Source of the DNA: an uncultured Bacteroidales bacterium
Lineage (GTDB): Bacteria; Bacteroidota; Bacteroidia; Bacteroidales; CAYFUP01
Assembly: GCA_964346235.1 (NCBI GenBank)
Contig: CAYFUP010000002.1
Coordinates: 1 to 48,257, forward strand
Direction: 5' to 3'
Length of the DNA: 48,257 nucleotides
Under the pieces are notes generated by a model. That model did not search any database. It was not told where the DNA came from and saw only the letters and a program-made list of their open reading frames with translations. This document shows, one piece after another, positions 8,596 to 17,881 of this stretch (positions within the stretch are counted from its first letter, which is position 1; each line of letters opens with the position of its first letter). Made by a program: the position numbers and the translations under genes.

Positions 8596-8725
8596 CAACA
8601 AAGCTGTGAAATGAGCTACGAGTTCGCTGCAGGCAAAAGAGCTTGTGAGTTCGCTGAAGGAAAACGAGCATGCAGATTCACTGAAGTCATACGAATTCAG
8701 GACTTCGCTGCAGGACAATAAGTCT
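8596..8725 (+). repeat. Array of four 27-nt purine-rich units (GAGTTCGCTGNAGGNAAAAGAGC-like), copy A
   Basis: TTCGCTGCAGG, TTCGCTGAAGG, TTCACTGAAGT and TTCGCTGCAGG occur at 8623, 8650, 8677 and 8704, an exact 27-nt period. It is homologous to 34976-35140. Confidence 0.8.
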
Positions 8726-8848
8726 CCCGTGTCACTCCATGACACTAAAGGCATCATGAACAAATTAATTTTCGAATTAATTCAAAAAGCATTATAATAA
8801 TATTCATATCTTTTATAGTTTTGGCCATAAAAATAATCAATAAATATT

Positions 8849-9646
8849 ATGCTTATAAATTATATTACCTGGAATGTTGATCCGGAAATCGTCAATATAT
8901 TTGGTTTGCTTTCCATTCGTTGGTATGGGCTATTATTCGCCATGTCTTTTTTAGCCGGTTATTACATTTTTACCAAATTCTTTAAAAAGGAAGGGGTTCC
9001 CATGGAAGTGCTTGACAAGCTTACCTTGTATATGTTTCTGGGGACTTTGATAGGTGCGAGATTGGGACACTGCCTGTTTTACGAACCGGACTATTACCTG
9101 AGTAATCCCATCGAAATCCTGAAGGTTTGGCGGGGCGGACTTGCCAGTCATGGTGCAGCCATCGGGATTCTCATTGCTTTATATCTTTTTTCCAGGAAAA
9201 CGAAATACCACATGGTTTGGATATTTGACCGGATTTCCATTGTGGTGGCCCTGGCTGGATTTTTTATTCGGACGGGAAACCTGTTTAATTCGGAAATTTA
9301 TGGGTTACAGACAGAACTGCCATGGGGCTTCATCTTTATCAGGGCTGGAGAGACCGTGCCGAAACATCCGACGCAGATTTATGAAGCATTGGCTTACCTG
9401 ATTATTTTTCTCATCCTGATATGGATATATTATCGTAACCAGGGTAAGTTTTATGCCGGGTTTACTTTTGCGTTGTTTATGATCATGATATTTACCGCCC
9501 GGTTCTTTATTGAATTTATCAAAGAAAACCAGGTTTCTTTTGAGGAAACCATGTCCTTGAATATGGGACAATTGTTGAGCATTCCTTTCGTTTTACTGGG
9601 TGTGGTCAGCTTGATCTTTTCACTTCGCGTGAAAAAGATTCGATGA
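8849..9646 (+). CDS. lgt: Prolipoprotein diacylglyceryl transferase
   Basis: 265 aa and polytopic. Motifs are IRWYGLLFAMSFLAGY, GARLGHCLFYEP, WRGGLASHGAAIG and HPTQIYEAL. Confidence 0.93.
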   Translation: MLINYITWNVDPEIVNIFGLLSIRWYGLLFAMSFLAGYYIFTKFFKKEGVPMEVLDKLTLYMFLGTLIGARLGHCLFYEPDYYLSNPIEILKVWRGGLASHGAAIGILIALYLFSRKTKYHMVWIFDRISIVVALAGFFIRTGNLFNSEIYGLQTELPWGFIFIRAGETVPKHPTQIYEALAYLIIFLILIWIYYRNQGKFYAGFTFALFMIMIFTARFFIEFIKENQVSFEETMSLNMGQLLSIPFVLLGVVSLIFSLRVKKIR

Positions 9647-9704
9647 TTCATGCATTGGTGAAAACATCATACAAGGCATTTACCTCATAAAATATTACAA
9701 TACT

Positions 9705-10628
9705 ATGTCAATGATTGTTCAGGATGTGACCAAGGAATACGGCGATCAGAAAGCACTGAACGGAATATCGTTCAGCATCGGGAGCGGGGAAATTGTGGGA
9801 TTCTTAGGGCCCAATGGAGCCGGAAAAACCACCCTGATGAAGATTCTAACCGGTTACATTGCCCCTACCAGCGGAAATGCCTGGATTAACAATATCAGCG
9901 TTACCCGTGATTCCATTAAGGCCAAAAGACGAATTGGCTACCTGCCTGAAACCAATCCCCTGTATTATGAAATGTATGTATGGGAATACCTGGAATTTGT
10001 GGCGGGCATCTATAAGATAAAAAATAAAAAAGAACGGATAGGTCAATTAATTGAAATTACCGGACTCACACCGGAACAGAAAAAGAAGATCGGAGCATTG
10101 TCGAAAGGATTCCGTCAACGGGTTGGCCTGGCACAGGCCCTAATCCATGATCCGGATGTGCTGATACTGGATGAACCGACTTCCGGACTGGATCCCAATC
10201 AAATTGTTGAAATCAGGGATCTTATCTCAACCATGGGAAAACAAAAACTGGTATTGCTTTCCACCCACATTATGCAGGAAGTTGAATCCATCTGCAACAG
10301 GGTAATGATTATTCATAAAGGGGATATTATTGCAGACGATGATATCCACCGAATCAGAAACCTGACGGCTGATCATACAGAAATTCTGGTGGAGTTTAAT
10401 CAGGTTGTGGAGCCTTCAAAGCTGAAGCAGATTGACGGAATCACCAAAGTGTTCGGTGATGGAGATAAGCGTTACCGGGTCCTCGGATCGGAGGAAAAAG
10501 ACCTCCGGGAAGAATTGTTTCAGTTTGCCGTGGACAATGGACTGAAAGTGTTGTCCCTGCAAAAGAAAGAAAAGAAACTGGAACATGTTTTTCAGCAACT
10601 GACCGGGAAAGGGGATACGGAATATTAA
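9705..10628 (+). CDS. gldA: ABC transporter ATP-binding protein, GldA-like
   Basis: Walker A is GPNGAGKTT, the signature is LSKGFRQRVGLA, and Walker B is VLILDEPTSGLDPNQ. Size and sequence resemble gliding-associated GldA, but no gldF or gldG lies adjacent, so the symbol is tentative. Confidence 0.6.
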   Translation: MSMIVQDVTKEYGDQKALNGISFSIGSGEIVGFLGPNGAGKTTLMKILTGYIAPTSGNAWINNISVTRDSIKAKRRIGYLPETNPLYYEMYVWEYLEFVAGIYKIKNKKERIGQLIEITGLTPEQKKKIGALSKGFRQRVGLAQALIHDPDVLILDEPTSGLDPNQIVEIRDLISTMGKQKLVLLSTHIMQEVESICNRVMIIHKGDIIADDDIHRIRNLTADHTEILVEFNQVVEPSKLKQIDGITKVFGDGDKRYRVLGSEEKDLREELFQFAVDNGLKVLSLQKKEKKLEHVFQQLTGKGDTEY

Positions 10629-10789
10629 GATGCATACATTGCTTCACGATTATCCGACCTAATGAAGGATGAATGGCTGATCGGGAATCATCAGGATTTC
10701 ATCATATGACCACAAAGAACTTGATCGTTATTTCAGGAAGGTTGAACAAGGTTCAGTCAGAATTTCATCAATGGCTGACCGGTGCTCGG

Positions 10790-12832
10790 TTAGGGTTCCA
10801 CCCAGTCTCCGTGGGCTTTGATCAGTTTTACCAGTTCGTCCACCGCTTCTTCTTCCGGAATATTTTGCCTCACCAACTCCTTGTTTTTATACAGACTGAT
10901 CTTACCGGGACCGGCACCGACATATCCATAATCTGCATCAGCCATTTCACCGGGCCCATTAACAATACAACCCATTATGCCGATTTTTAGTCCTTTCAAA
11001 TGACCCGTCTTTTCGCGAATTCTGGCGGCAGTTTCCTGTAAGTTAAACAAAGTGCGGCCGCAACCCGGACAGGAAATGAACTCTGTTTTGGTGATCCTGG
11101 CCCGGCTTGCCTGAAGGATGGAATAGGCGGTCTTTAATATGGTTTGGAGATCGAATGCATCCGAATTGGAAATCCAGAGTCCGTCGCCAAACGCGTCCAC
11201 AAAAAAGGAACCATTATCAATGGCACTGATGATTTGGAATTTTTCCGTATCCGGTTCCTGGTATGTGGTATAAGAAATGACCGGATAATTGATTTCCTGA
11301 GGGATTAAATAATTCATTAGGTAGCGGAATTCCCGGTAAACCGAACGGGATCTACTTTTAAAAACCAATACAATATTATCGCAGTTTTTAATCTCTTCTA
11401 TCAGTCCGTTGTCTATATCATCCAGGGTGATGATGATGAAGTTTATTTTATCAGAATCTTCTTCTGACATTAAATATTCAGAAAGGGTAAACAAAGGGTA
11501 AACAAACTGATAGTCTGGTTGCCAGTTCCTGAAATCGGTGATGTAATAGTAATGATCCGGCAGATAACGAATAATCCGGGGATTATTGATATAAAAGATT
11601 TCAGGGGCCAATCCTTTTTCATTCAAATTGGCATTAAAAGAATGAATACTTTGCCGAATGGATTCTGGGTCAGGTTTAGCTTCATGGGGCCAAATGCCTG
11701 CATTTCCGTGCATAGAGGTTTGTTCTTCTGCGGTTAACTCCTTTCCGGCCATTATTCCTTCTTCTTCGTGATGCATCATTCCTGATAAACCTTCATCAGC
11801 CAGAAAATCACCAGAATTGGGAAAGTCGGCAATCAAGACTGGGGTATTATTTCCACCGATGAAATTCAAAGGTTTTGATAAATGTTTCTTAAATTGAAAA
11901 GGATGAAATTGAATGGAATGTTTTTTAACATGAATGGGTTGATGATAATGTTGATGAATGTGATTGATGATAATCTTTGCGGCTGGCATTTCGTTTTCAG
12001 GCTTTTCAGTAAGGGAAACCCTGATGGTGTCCCCAATGCCGTCGGACAGAAGGCTTCCGATGCCAATGGCTGATTTTATTCTGCCATCTTCACCTTCCCC
12101 GGCTTCGGTGACACCAAGATGCACCGGATAATTCATTTCCTCGCTTTTCATTTTTTCGACCAGCAGCCGGTTGGCATGGATCATGACCCGTGTGTTACTG
12201 GCTTTCATGGAAAGGACGATATGATGAAAACCTTCCGAATGAAAAATCCTGAGAAATTCCATGGCCGATTCAACCATGCCCTCCGGGGTATTTCCATACC
12301 TGCTCATCATCCGGTCAGAAAGCGACCCGTGATTGACCCCAAGCCGCAAAGCAGTTTTATGTTTTTTACATGTTTCAATGAGCGGGAGCAGCCTTTGGCG
12401 AATTCTTTCGGTTTCCTGACGGTATTCTTCGTCAGAAAATTCAATTTTTTCAAATTTTGCCCTTTTATCTATATAGTTTCCGGGATTGATTCTTACTTTA
12501 TCAACATATTTTGCAGCCAGCTCTGCTGCTTTGGGATTAAAATGAACATCCGCTATGACCGGTGCCGAATATCCCAGCTCCAACAGACGGGCTTTGATTT
12601 TCCGGATGCTATCCACTTCCCGGGTGCCCTGGGTGGTTAACCTTACCATTTCTGCCCCTGCGTTGATCATTCTTATGCACTGTGCAATCGAAGCTTCTAT
12701 GTCATTGGTATCCCTGTCGGTCATGGATTGCAGTCGGATGGGATACTGACCGCCCAGATATAGTTTGCCTATTTTAACCGGATTAGTATTAAAGCGTTGA
12801 TAATGATTTGTGTTATGCTCTATTTGCAACAT
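10790..12832 (-). CDS. ispG: 4-hydroxy-3-methylbut-2-enyl diphosphate synthase, long form with insertion domain
   Basis: 680 aa. N-terminal TIM-barrel motifs are VRLTTQGTREV, VIADVHFNP and RINPGNY. The C-terminal 4Fe-4S motifs are ISCPGCGRT and GCIVNGPGE. A ~270-aa central insert is present, as in the plant, chlamydial and Bacteroidota type. Confidence 0.95.
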   Translation of the reverse strand: MLQIEHNTNHYQRFNTNPVKIGKLYLGGQYPIRLQSMTDRDTNDIEASIAQCIRMINAGAEMVRLTTQGTREVDSIRKIKARLLELGYSAPVIADVHFNPKAAELAAKYVDKVRINPGNYIDKRAKFEKIEFSDEEYRQETERIRQRLLPLIETCKKHKTALRLGVNHGSLSDRMMSRYGNTPEGMVESAMEFLRIFHSEGFHHIVLSMKASNTRVMIHANRLLVEKMKSEEMNYPVHLGVTEAGEGEDGRIKSAIGIGSLLSDGIGDTIRVSLTEKPENEMPAAKIIINHIHQHYHQPIHVKKHSIQFHPFQFKKHLSKPLNFIGGNNTPVLIADFPNSGDFLADEGLSGMMHHEEEGIMAGKELTAEEQTSMHGNAGIWPHEAKPDPESIRQSIHSFNANLNEKGLAPEIFYINNPRIIRYLPDHYYYITDFRNWQPDYQFVYPLFTLSEYLMSEEDSDKINFIIITLDDIDNGLIEEIKNCDNIVLVFKSRSRSVYREFRYLMNYLIPQEINYPVISYTTYQEPDTEKFQIISAIDNGSFFVDAFGDGLWISNSDAFDLQTILKTAYSILQASRARITKTEFISCPGCGRTLFNLQETAARIREKTGHLKGLKIGIMGCIVNGPGEMADADYGYVGAGPGKISLYKNKELVRQNIPEEEAVDELVKLIKAHGDWVEP

Positions 12833-12967
12833 GATCTTTGCGAAATCTCTTCAAATTTAATTTATTCTTTTATACTTTTAAAACTTAACTGCACTATTTA
12901 AAATTTAGAACACTTTGAATGTATAGATTGTTATATCAAAAGCAAACCAACAAAAAACAAAAATATT

Positions 12968-13717
12968 ATGATAAAACTGGTATTATTGCGGCACGGTGAA
13001 AGCATATGGAACAAAGAAAACAAGTTTACCGGCTGGACTGATGTGGAGTTAACTGAGAAAGGCCGGCAGGAAGCGAGAGAAGCAGGAAAGGTGTTACAAG
13101 AAAAAGGTTTCGTATTTGACCTGGCCTTTACCTCTGTCCTGGAGAGGGCTACGGAAACCCTTGATATTGCTTTAAAAGAAATGGGATTAACCGGCATCCC
13201 CATACATCATTCCTGGAGGTTAAATGAAAGGCATTACGGTGCATTGCAGGGACTCAATAAATCGGAGATGGCTTCAAAGTATGGAGAAGATCAGGTGCTG
13301 CAGTGGAGAAGAAGCTATGACATTCAGCCCCCTGCCCTGGAAAAATCTGATGAGCGGTTTCCGGGAAATGATCCACTTTACAAAGATGTTGGTCCGGATC
13401 TATTGCCTCAGGCCGAATGTTTAAAAGATACCGTGGAACGTTTTTTGCCCTATTGGCATGATGAGATCGTACCGGTGCTCCGGGAAGGAAAAAGGGTTAT
13501 CATCGCAGCACACGGCAATAGCCTGCGGGCCCTCGTGAAGTACCTCGATGACATAGATGATGAAACCATTGTAAAGGTGAATATCCCAACGGGATTGCCT
13601 TTGGTTTATGAATTGGATGATAACCTGAAACCTTTAAAAAATTATTACCTGGGAGATCCGGAAAGGGTTCAGAAAGCGATGGATGCGGTGGCTAATCAGG
13701 GAAAGGCCAGGAAGTAA
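12968..13717 (+). CDS. gpmA: 2,3-bisphosphoglycerate-dependent phosphoglycerate mutase
   Basis: [23 protein letters not shown] (RHGE motif), ERHYGALQG and [14 protein letters not shown]. Confidence 0.95.
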   Translation: MIKLVLLRHGESIWNKENKFTGWTDVELTEKGRQEAREAGKVLQEKGFVFDLAFTSVLERATETLDIALKEMGLTGIPIHHSWRLNERHYGALQGLNKSEMASKYGEDQVLQWRRSYDIQPPALEKSDERFPGNDPLYKDVGPDLLPQAECLKDTVERFLPYWHDEIVPVLREGKRVIIAAHGNSLRALVKYLDDIDDETIVKVNIPTGLPLVYELDDNLKPLKNYYLGDPERVQKAMDAVANQGKARK

Positions 13718-13779
13718 GTCGCTTGCAGCAATGCAATAAACCCCTCTTAACGTTTTCTTAGAATCACGAAACAATTTTC

Positions 13780-14772
13780 TTAATAAAAAGTCTTGATCCC
13801 GATGATTTCCCGGACATCTTTGACCGTTTGTGAAGCGCTGGCGCGGGCCTTTTCCATGCCCATTTTAACTACTTTTTTCAGGTAGGCCTCATCTTCCTTG
13901 ATGGCCATGATTTTTTCCCGGACGGGTTCGGTAATGCTTGCGATGTCCTCCGCCAACTGCTTTTTTAGGTCACCATAACGGATGGTACATTCATTATATT
14001 GTTTTTTAAAATACTCGTAAGTATCAGGAGCGGAAACTACTTCAAGGATGGTGAAAAGGTTTTTGATGGGTTCGGGCATCTTCTGGTTGGGTTCGGCAGG
14101 ACCGGCATCGGTCACCGCTTTCATCACCTTCTTTTTAATGGTTTTGGGGTCATCATACAGAAAAATGCCGTTTCCTTCTGATTTACCCATTTTACCGGAA
14201 CCATCCAGTCCGGGAATTTTTATCAGGGTATCGCCGAAATTAAAAGGAAAAGGTTCGGGAAAGTATTCTACCCCATACATGCTGTTGAAACGCTTGGCAA
14301 ATTTTCTTGACATCTCCACATGCTGCTCCTGGTCTTTACCTACCGGCACCTTGGTGGCTTTGTGAATGATAATATCTGCTGCCTGCAATACCGGATATGT
14401 CAGGAGACCGGCATTCACATTATCGGGCTGTGTCCGCACTTTTTCTTTGAAAGTAACGGTGCGTTCCAGTTCCCCTTTATAGGCATTCATGTTCAATAAC
14501 AAATACAGTTCAGGGATCTCCGGCACATCACTTTGAATGTATAAGGTGGCGACTTCAGGGTCAATGCCGACAGCCAGGTATTCCGCCAAAACCTGCCTGA
14601 CACTCTCATGCAGATTCCCGGGGGTGGGATGGGTGGTCAGACTGTGGTAGTCGGCAATAAAAAAATAACACCGGTACTCGTGCTGCATCCTCACAAAGTT
14701 TCTCAACGCCCCGTAGTAATTGCCCAGGTGCAAATTTCCGGTAGGCCGGATACCGCTTAAAACTGTTTCCAT
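13780..14772 (-). CDS. trpS: Tryptophan--tRNA ligase
   Basis: 330 aa. The HIGH-type motif is PTGNLHLGNYYGA. The KMSKS-type motif is KMGKSEGN. GLLTYPVLQAADI is also present. Confidence 0.95.
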   Translation of the reverse strand: METVLSGIRPTGNLHLGNYYGALRNFVRMQHEYRCYFFIADYHSLTTHPTPGNLHESVRQVLAEYLAVGIDPEVATLYIQSDVPEIPELYLLLNMNAYKGELERTVTFKEKVRTQPDNVNAGLLTYPVLQAADIIIHKATKVPVGKDQEQHVEMSRKFAKRFNSMYGVEYFPEPFPFNFGDTLIKIPGLDGSGKMGKSEGNGIFLYDDPKTIKKKVMKAVTDAGPAEPNQKMPEPIKNLFTILEVVSAPDTYEYFKKQYNECTIRYGDLKKQLAEDIASITEPVREKIMAIKEDEAYLKKVVKMGMEKARASASQTVKDVREIIGIKTFY

Positions 14773-15039
14773 TTATTGCTGTGTTAAATTAGATGCCTGC
14801 AAAGCTAAAAAAATGTTCCTCAAAATTAGTAATTTTGTTCATTTATTGATGTGAACCATCAAAGTAAGATAAAGCATAGGGAGAAACCGGCAAATGGTTT
14901 TCAAAGGAAAGCCTTTTGTGATTGCATGAGACAGCTTTTTGTGATTGCATGATGCGTCGGCGTGAATGGCAAAATTTCAATGAAAGGTTTATAGCGGTAA
15001 ACCTGAAGAACAACATATAAACGAAGAGGAGGGAGCGTT

Positions 15040-15393
15040 ATGGAATATATGGAAGGACCAACAACAAGACAAAACAAAGTATCAAGGATGATACAAAAAG
15101 ACATGGGAGAGATCTTTCAGCGGGAAACCAATACCTTGCTGGAAGGCAAAATGGTGACCGTCACCGTGGTGAGGGTCGCAGCAGACTTCAGCCTGGCCAA
15201 GGTGTATGTGAGTATTTTTCCGTCCCATGCCAAAGATGATATCATAGACATCATCAATGAAAACAAAAAACATTTCAGGCATCAACTATCGATGAGAATA
15301 AAAAATCAATTGAAGAAAATGCCTGAACTGGCCTTTTTCATTGACGATTCACTGGATTATATAGAACATATTGAAAACCTGATTAAAAAATAA
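15040..15393 (+). CDS. rbfA: Ribosome-binding factor A
   Basis: 117 aa. RQNKVSRMIQKDMGEIFQRE and LAKVYVSIFP are typical of RbfA. The start may instead be the ATG at 15049. Confidence 0.9.
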   Translation: MEYMEGPTTRQNKVSRMIQKDMGEIFQRETNTLLEGKMVTVTVVRVAADFSLAKVYVSIFPSHAKDDIIDIINENKKHFRHQLSMRIKNQLKKMPELAFFIDDSLDYIEHIENLIKK

Positions 15394-15397
15394 GCCC

Positions 15398-16207
15398 ATG
15401 CAATACGACCCCATTAAACAAAAACTGGGTGCTTTCTTCAATAAAGCACCGTTTTTACGCATTCTCTTTTATAAATTATTGGATTTACTTTTGTTAAGGA
15501 CCTGGCATGTTAAAAAGGAACTGAAGAAATGGAAAAAACAATATCATTTTGAAAAACCGGATATACTGGATGCAGGTTCCGGCTTTGGACAATATACTTA
15601 TTATGTGTCCACCATGTTTGATGATTATTCCATTAAAGCCATTGATGTAAAAGAAGAACAAATTGAGGATTGCAATCGCTTCTTTCGGAAAATCAACAAA
15701 CCTGAGGTGGTATTCGAACTGGGTGATCTTACGACATATAAGGAGGACAATGCTTATGACCTGGTATTGTGTGTAGATGTACTGGAACACATCGAAGAAG
15801 ATGTAAAAGTGATGTCCAATTTTTATCAATCCCTGAAGGAAAACGGGACATTGATCATTTCCACTCCTTCCGATCAGGGGGGGTCGGATGTGCACCACGA
15901 GCACGAAGCGTCGTTTATTGATGAGCATGTCAGGGACGGATACGGCATCCGGGAAATTGAGGATAAACTGAAGCAGGCAGGATTTTCAAAAGTATATCCG
16001 CGTTATACCTATGGATGCCCTGGTAAAATATCCTGGAAGCTTTCCATGAAATATCCCATTACCTTGCTGAATACAAGTAAATTATTTTATATTTTATTGC
16101 CTTTTTATTATTTGGTCGCCTACCCCGTTTCATTTATATTCAATAAGTTTGATGTGATGTTACATCACAAAACAGGGACCGGCTTAATGGTGAAAGCAGT
16201 GAAATAA
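15398..16207 (+). CDS. Class I SAM-dependent methyltransferase with a hydrophobic C-terminal tail
   Basis: Motif I is ILDAGSGFGQY. Post-I is KAIDV. VLCVDVLEHIEED is also present. The C-terminal LFYILLPFYYLVAYPVSFIF is TM-like. Confidence 0.8.
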   Translation: MQYDPIKQKLGAFFNKAPFLRILFYKLLDLLLLRTWHVKKELKKWKKQYHFEKPDILDAGSGFGQYTYYVSTMFDDYSIKAIDVKEEQIEDCNRFFRKINKPEVVFELGDLTTYKEDNAYDLVLCVDVLEHIEEDVKVMSNFYQSLKENGTLIISTPSDQGGSDVHHEHEASFIDEHVRDGYGIREIEDKLKQAGFSKVYPRYTYGCPGKISWKLSMKYPITLLNTSKLFYILLPFYYLVAYPVSFIFNKFDVMLHHKTGTGLMVKAVK

Positions 16208-16246
16208 TATATAATATACGTTGAAAGCATATAAGTCAATTAGCTT

Positions 16247-17464
16247 TTGAATTTACCGTTTTTCATATCAAGAAGATACCTGGTGGCCAAGAAATCGCGA
16301 AATGCCATCAATGTGATTTCCGCCATTGCTGTGGGTGGGGTGAGTGTCGGAGCCATGGCCCTGATCGTGGTATTGTCCGTATTTAATGGTTTCGATGTGG
16401 TGTTGCAGCAGTTATTCAATGCTTTTGAGCCGGATTTGGAAATTACCCCGGCCACCGGCAAGACTTTTTCTCCGGATAGTGTATATCTTACTGCCCTCTC
16501 AGAGCATCCCGGTGTACTTCATTATGCCGAAGTGGTGGAAGAAAATGCATTGATACGATATGATGATAAGCAATACATTGCCAGAATCAAAGGGGTGAGT
16601 GAATCATACGCGGATGTCACGGGTGTGGACACCATGCTGGTGGAAGGGGAGTTTAGCCTGGAAGAAAACGGTCAGCCCCGTGCAGTGGTCGGACAGGGTG
16701 TGGCGTATTTTCTTTCCATTGGCCTTGCCTTTACCGATCCCCTGGTCATTTATATGCCTGAACGCCGGCAACAAATCGGAATCATTCCTCAAAAGGCCTT
16801 CAAGCAAAACTATGTTTTTCCCTCAGGCGTTTTTTCCATTCAGCAGGAATATGATAAGGAATATGTGATTTTGCCATTGGACTTTGTCAGGGTTCTGCTG
16901 GATTACCATAACGAAATCACTGCCCTGGAATTAAAACTTGCTCCCGATGTGCGCGCAGAGCAGGTGAAAAGGGATTTGGCCACCATGCTGCCTGAAAACT
17001 TTGAAATAAAAGACAGGTATGAGCAGAATGAATTGTTTTATAAAATTATGAAATCAGAAAAGTGGGCCATCTATCTGATTCTTTCCTTTATCCTGGCCAT
17101 CGCCTCTTTTAATGTCATTGCCTCACTCACCATGCTGATCATTGAAAAGAAAGATGATATTTTTACTTTAAGAAGCATGGGAGCCAGTACCAGGACCATC
17201 CAGAAAATCTTCTTTCTGGAAGGATCCATGATCTCACTGAGTGGAGCCATGGCAGGATTGGTGCTGGGAATTGCGATTTGTTGGGCTCAGATAAAGTACG
17301 GACTGGTCAGGCTGAAGGGCAGCGGTGCGTTTATTATTGATGCGTATCCGGTGAAAATGGCCTGGAATGATGTGGTGATGGTTTTACTGATTGTGATAGT
17401 CATTGGACTGATAGCTGCTTATGTTCCGGTAAGGTACCTGACCAAGAGATATCTTGCGATATGA
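16247..17464 (+). CDS. FtsX-like ABC permease (LolC/E-like)
   Basis: 405 aa with a TTG start. FISRRYLVAKKSRNAINVISAIAVGGVSVGAMALIVVLSVFNGF is typical of LolC/E. The C-terminal FtsX 3-TM module contains LRSMGAS. Confidence 0.85.
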   Translation: MNLPFFISRRYLVAKKSRNAINVISAIAVGGVSVGAMALIVVLSVFNGFDVVLQQLFNAFEPDLEITPATGKTFSPDSVYLTALSEHPGVLHYAEVVEENALIRYDDKQYIARIKGVSESYADVTGVDTMLVEGEFSLEENGQPRAVVGQGVAYFLSIGLAFTDPLVIYMPERRQQIGIIPQKAFKQNYVFPSGVFSIQQEYDKEYVILPLDFVRVLLDYHNEITALELKLAPDVRAEQVKRDLATMLPENFEIKDRYEQNELFYKIMKSEKWAIYLILSFILAIASFNVIASLTMLIIEKKDDIFTLRSMGASTRTIQKIFFLEGSMISLSGAMAGLVLGIAICWAQIKYGLVRLKGSGAFIIDAYPVKMAWNDVVMVLLIVIVIGLIAAYVPVRYLTKRYLAI

Positions 17465-17881
17465 TTGACGGAGAACTTGATGCGCCAGCCAATAATAAAT
17501 GAAGGGGGATGATAAAGGGGGATTCTAAATAATGCCCGGCATGTAATTTGCTTTATTTATCAATACTTTTAAAAGATTCATAAAGAAAATACGTGATTTT
17601 ACGTAAAATTAATATTCCCGTAAACACTTTATAGTCAGGAGGCAGGCATTTTATTGTATTGTAAATCATTGTTTTATAGGGCTTTACAAGAACATTTAAT
17701 ATTTTACTATAAATGATTAAAATTAACTTCTTGATTTTTTGAGGTTTCTAATTTTTTTATAAATTAGCGTTCTTAAAACAAAGCCTGAAACAAACTTTCA
17801 GATACCACGTAGAAGTTCTTAACATTGATTAAAAAGCATTTACCTACTATTTAAATAGTTTGATATATAAACAAATAATTA

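Noticed and set aside
8596-8725. Possibility that the 27-nt arrays are degenerate CRISPR arrays
   Set aside because: The units are contiguous, with no unique spacers of CRISPR length, and are only 26-28 nt in total. No palindromic CRISPR-type repeat and no cas genes are present in the window.
8515-8763. 82-aa minus-strand ORF with SE.-type 9-aa repeats
   Set aside because: It lies entirely over the 27-nt repeat array. A 27-nt period keeps frames open on both strands, and a 36-aa ORF is also open on the plus strand. The homologous array B is read in mixed frames. There is no independent coding evidence.
9705-10628. Reading the GldA-like ATPase together with the adhesin as a gliding locus
   Set aside because: No gldF or gldG permease genes are adjacent, and the gene is 7.6 kb and several housekeeping genes away from the adhesin. 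The ABC ATPase call is solid, but the gliding-specific role is not established from this window.
10671-10790. Short direct repeats AATGGCTGA(T/C)CGG and ATTTCATCA in the gldA/ispG convergent gap
   Set aside because: There are only two short copies, with no structure or periodicity. This is compatible with chance.
10790-12832. Unusually long (680 aa) IspG
   Set aside because: The central insertion domain is the normal long-form architecture in Bacteroidota, Chlamydiae and plants. It is not an anomaly.
13745-13785. Possible third, partial copy of the hairpin repeat (CGTTTTCTTAGAATCAC then TTTTCTTAAT) in the gpmA/trpS convergent gap
   Set aside because: Only ~17-19 nt match one arm of the basal stem (15-16/19). 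The orientation is ambiguous because the arm is part of an inverted repeat. The spacing to the tail motif differs. The match is too short to call without a genome-wide profile search.
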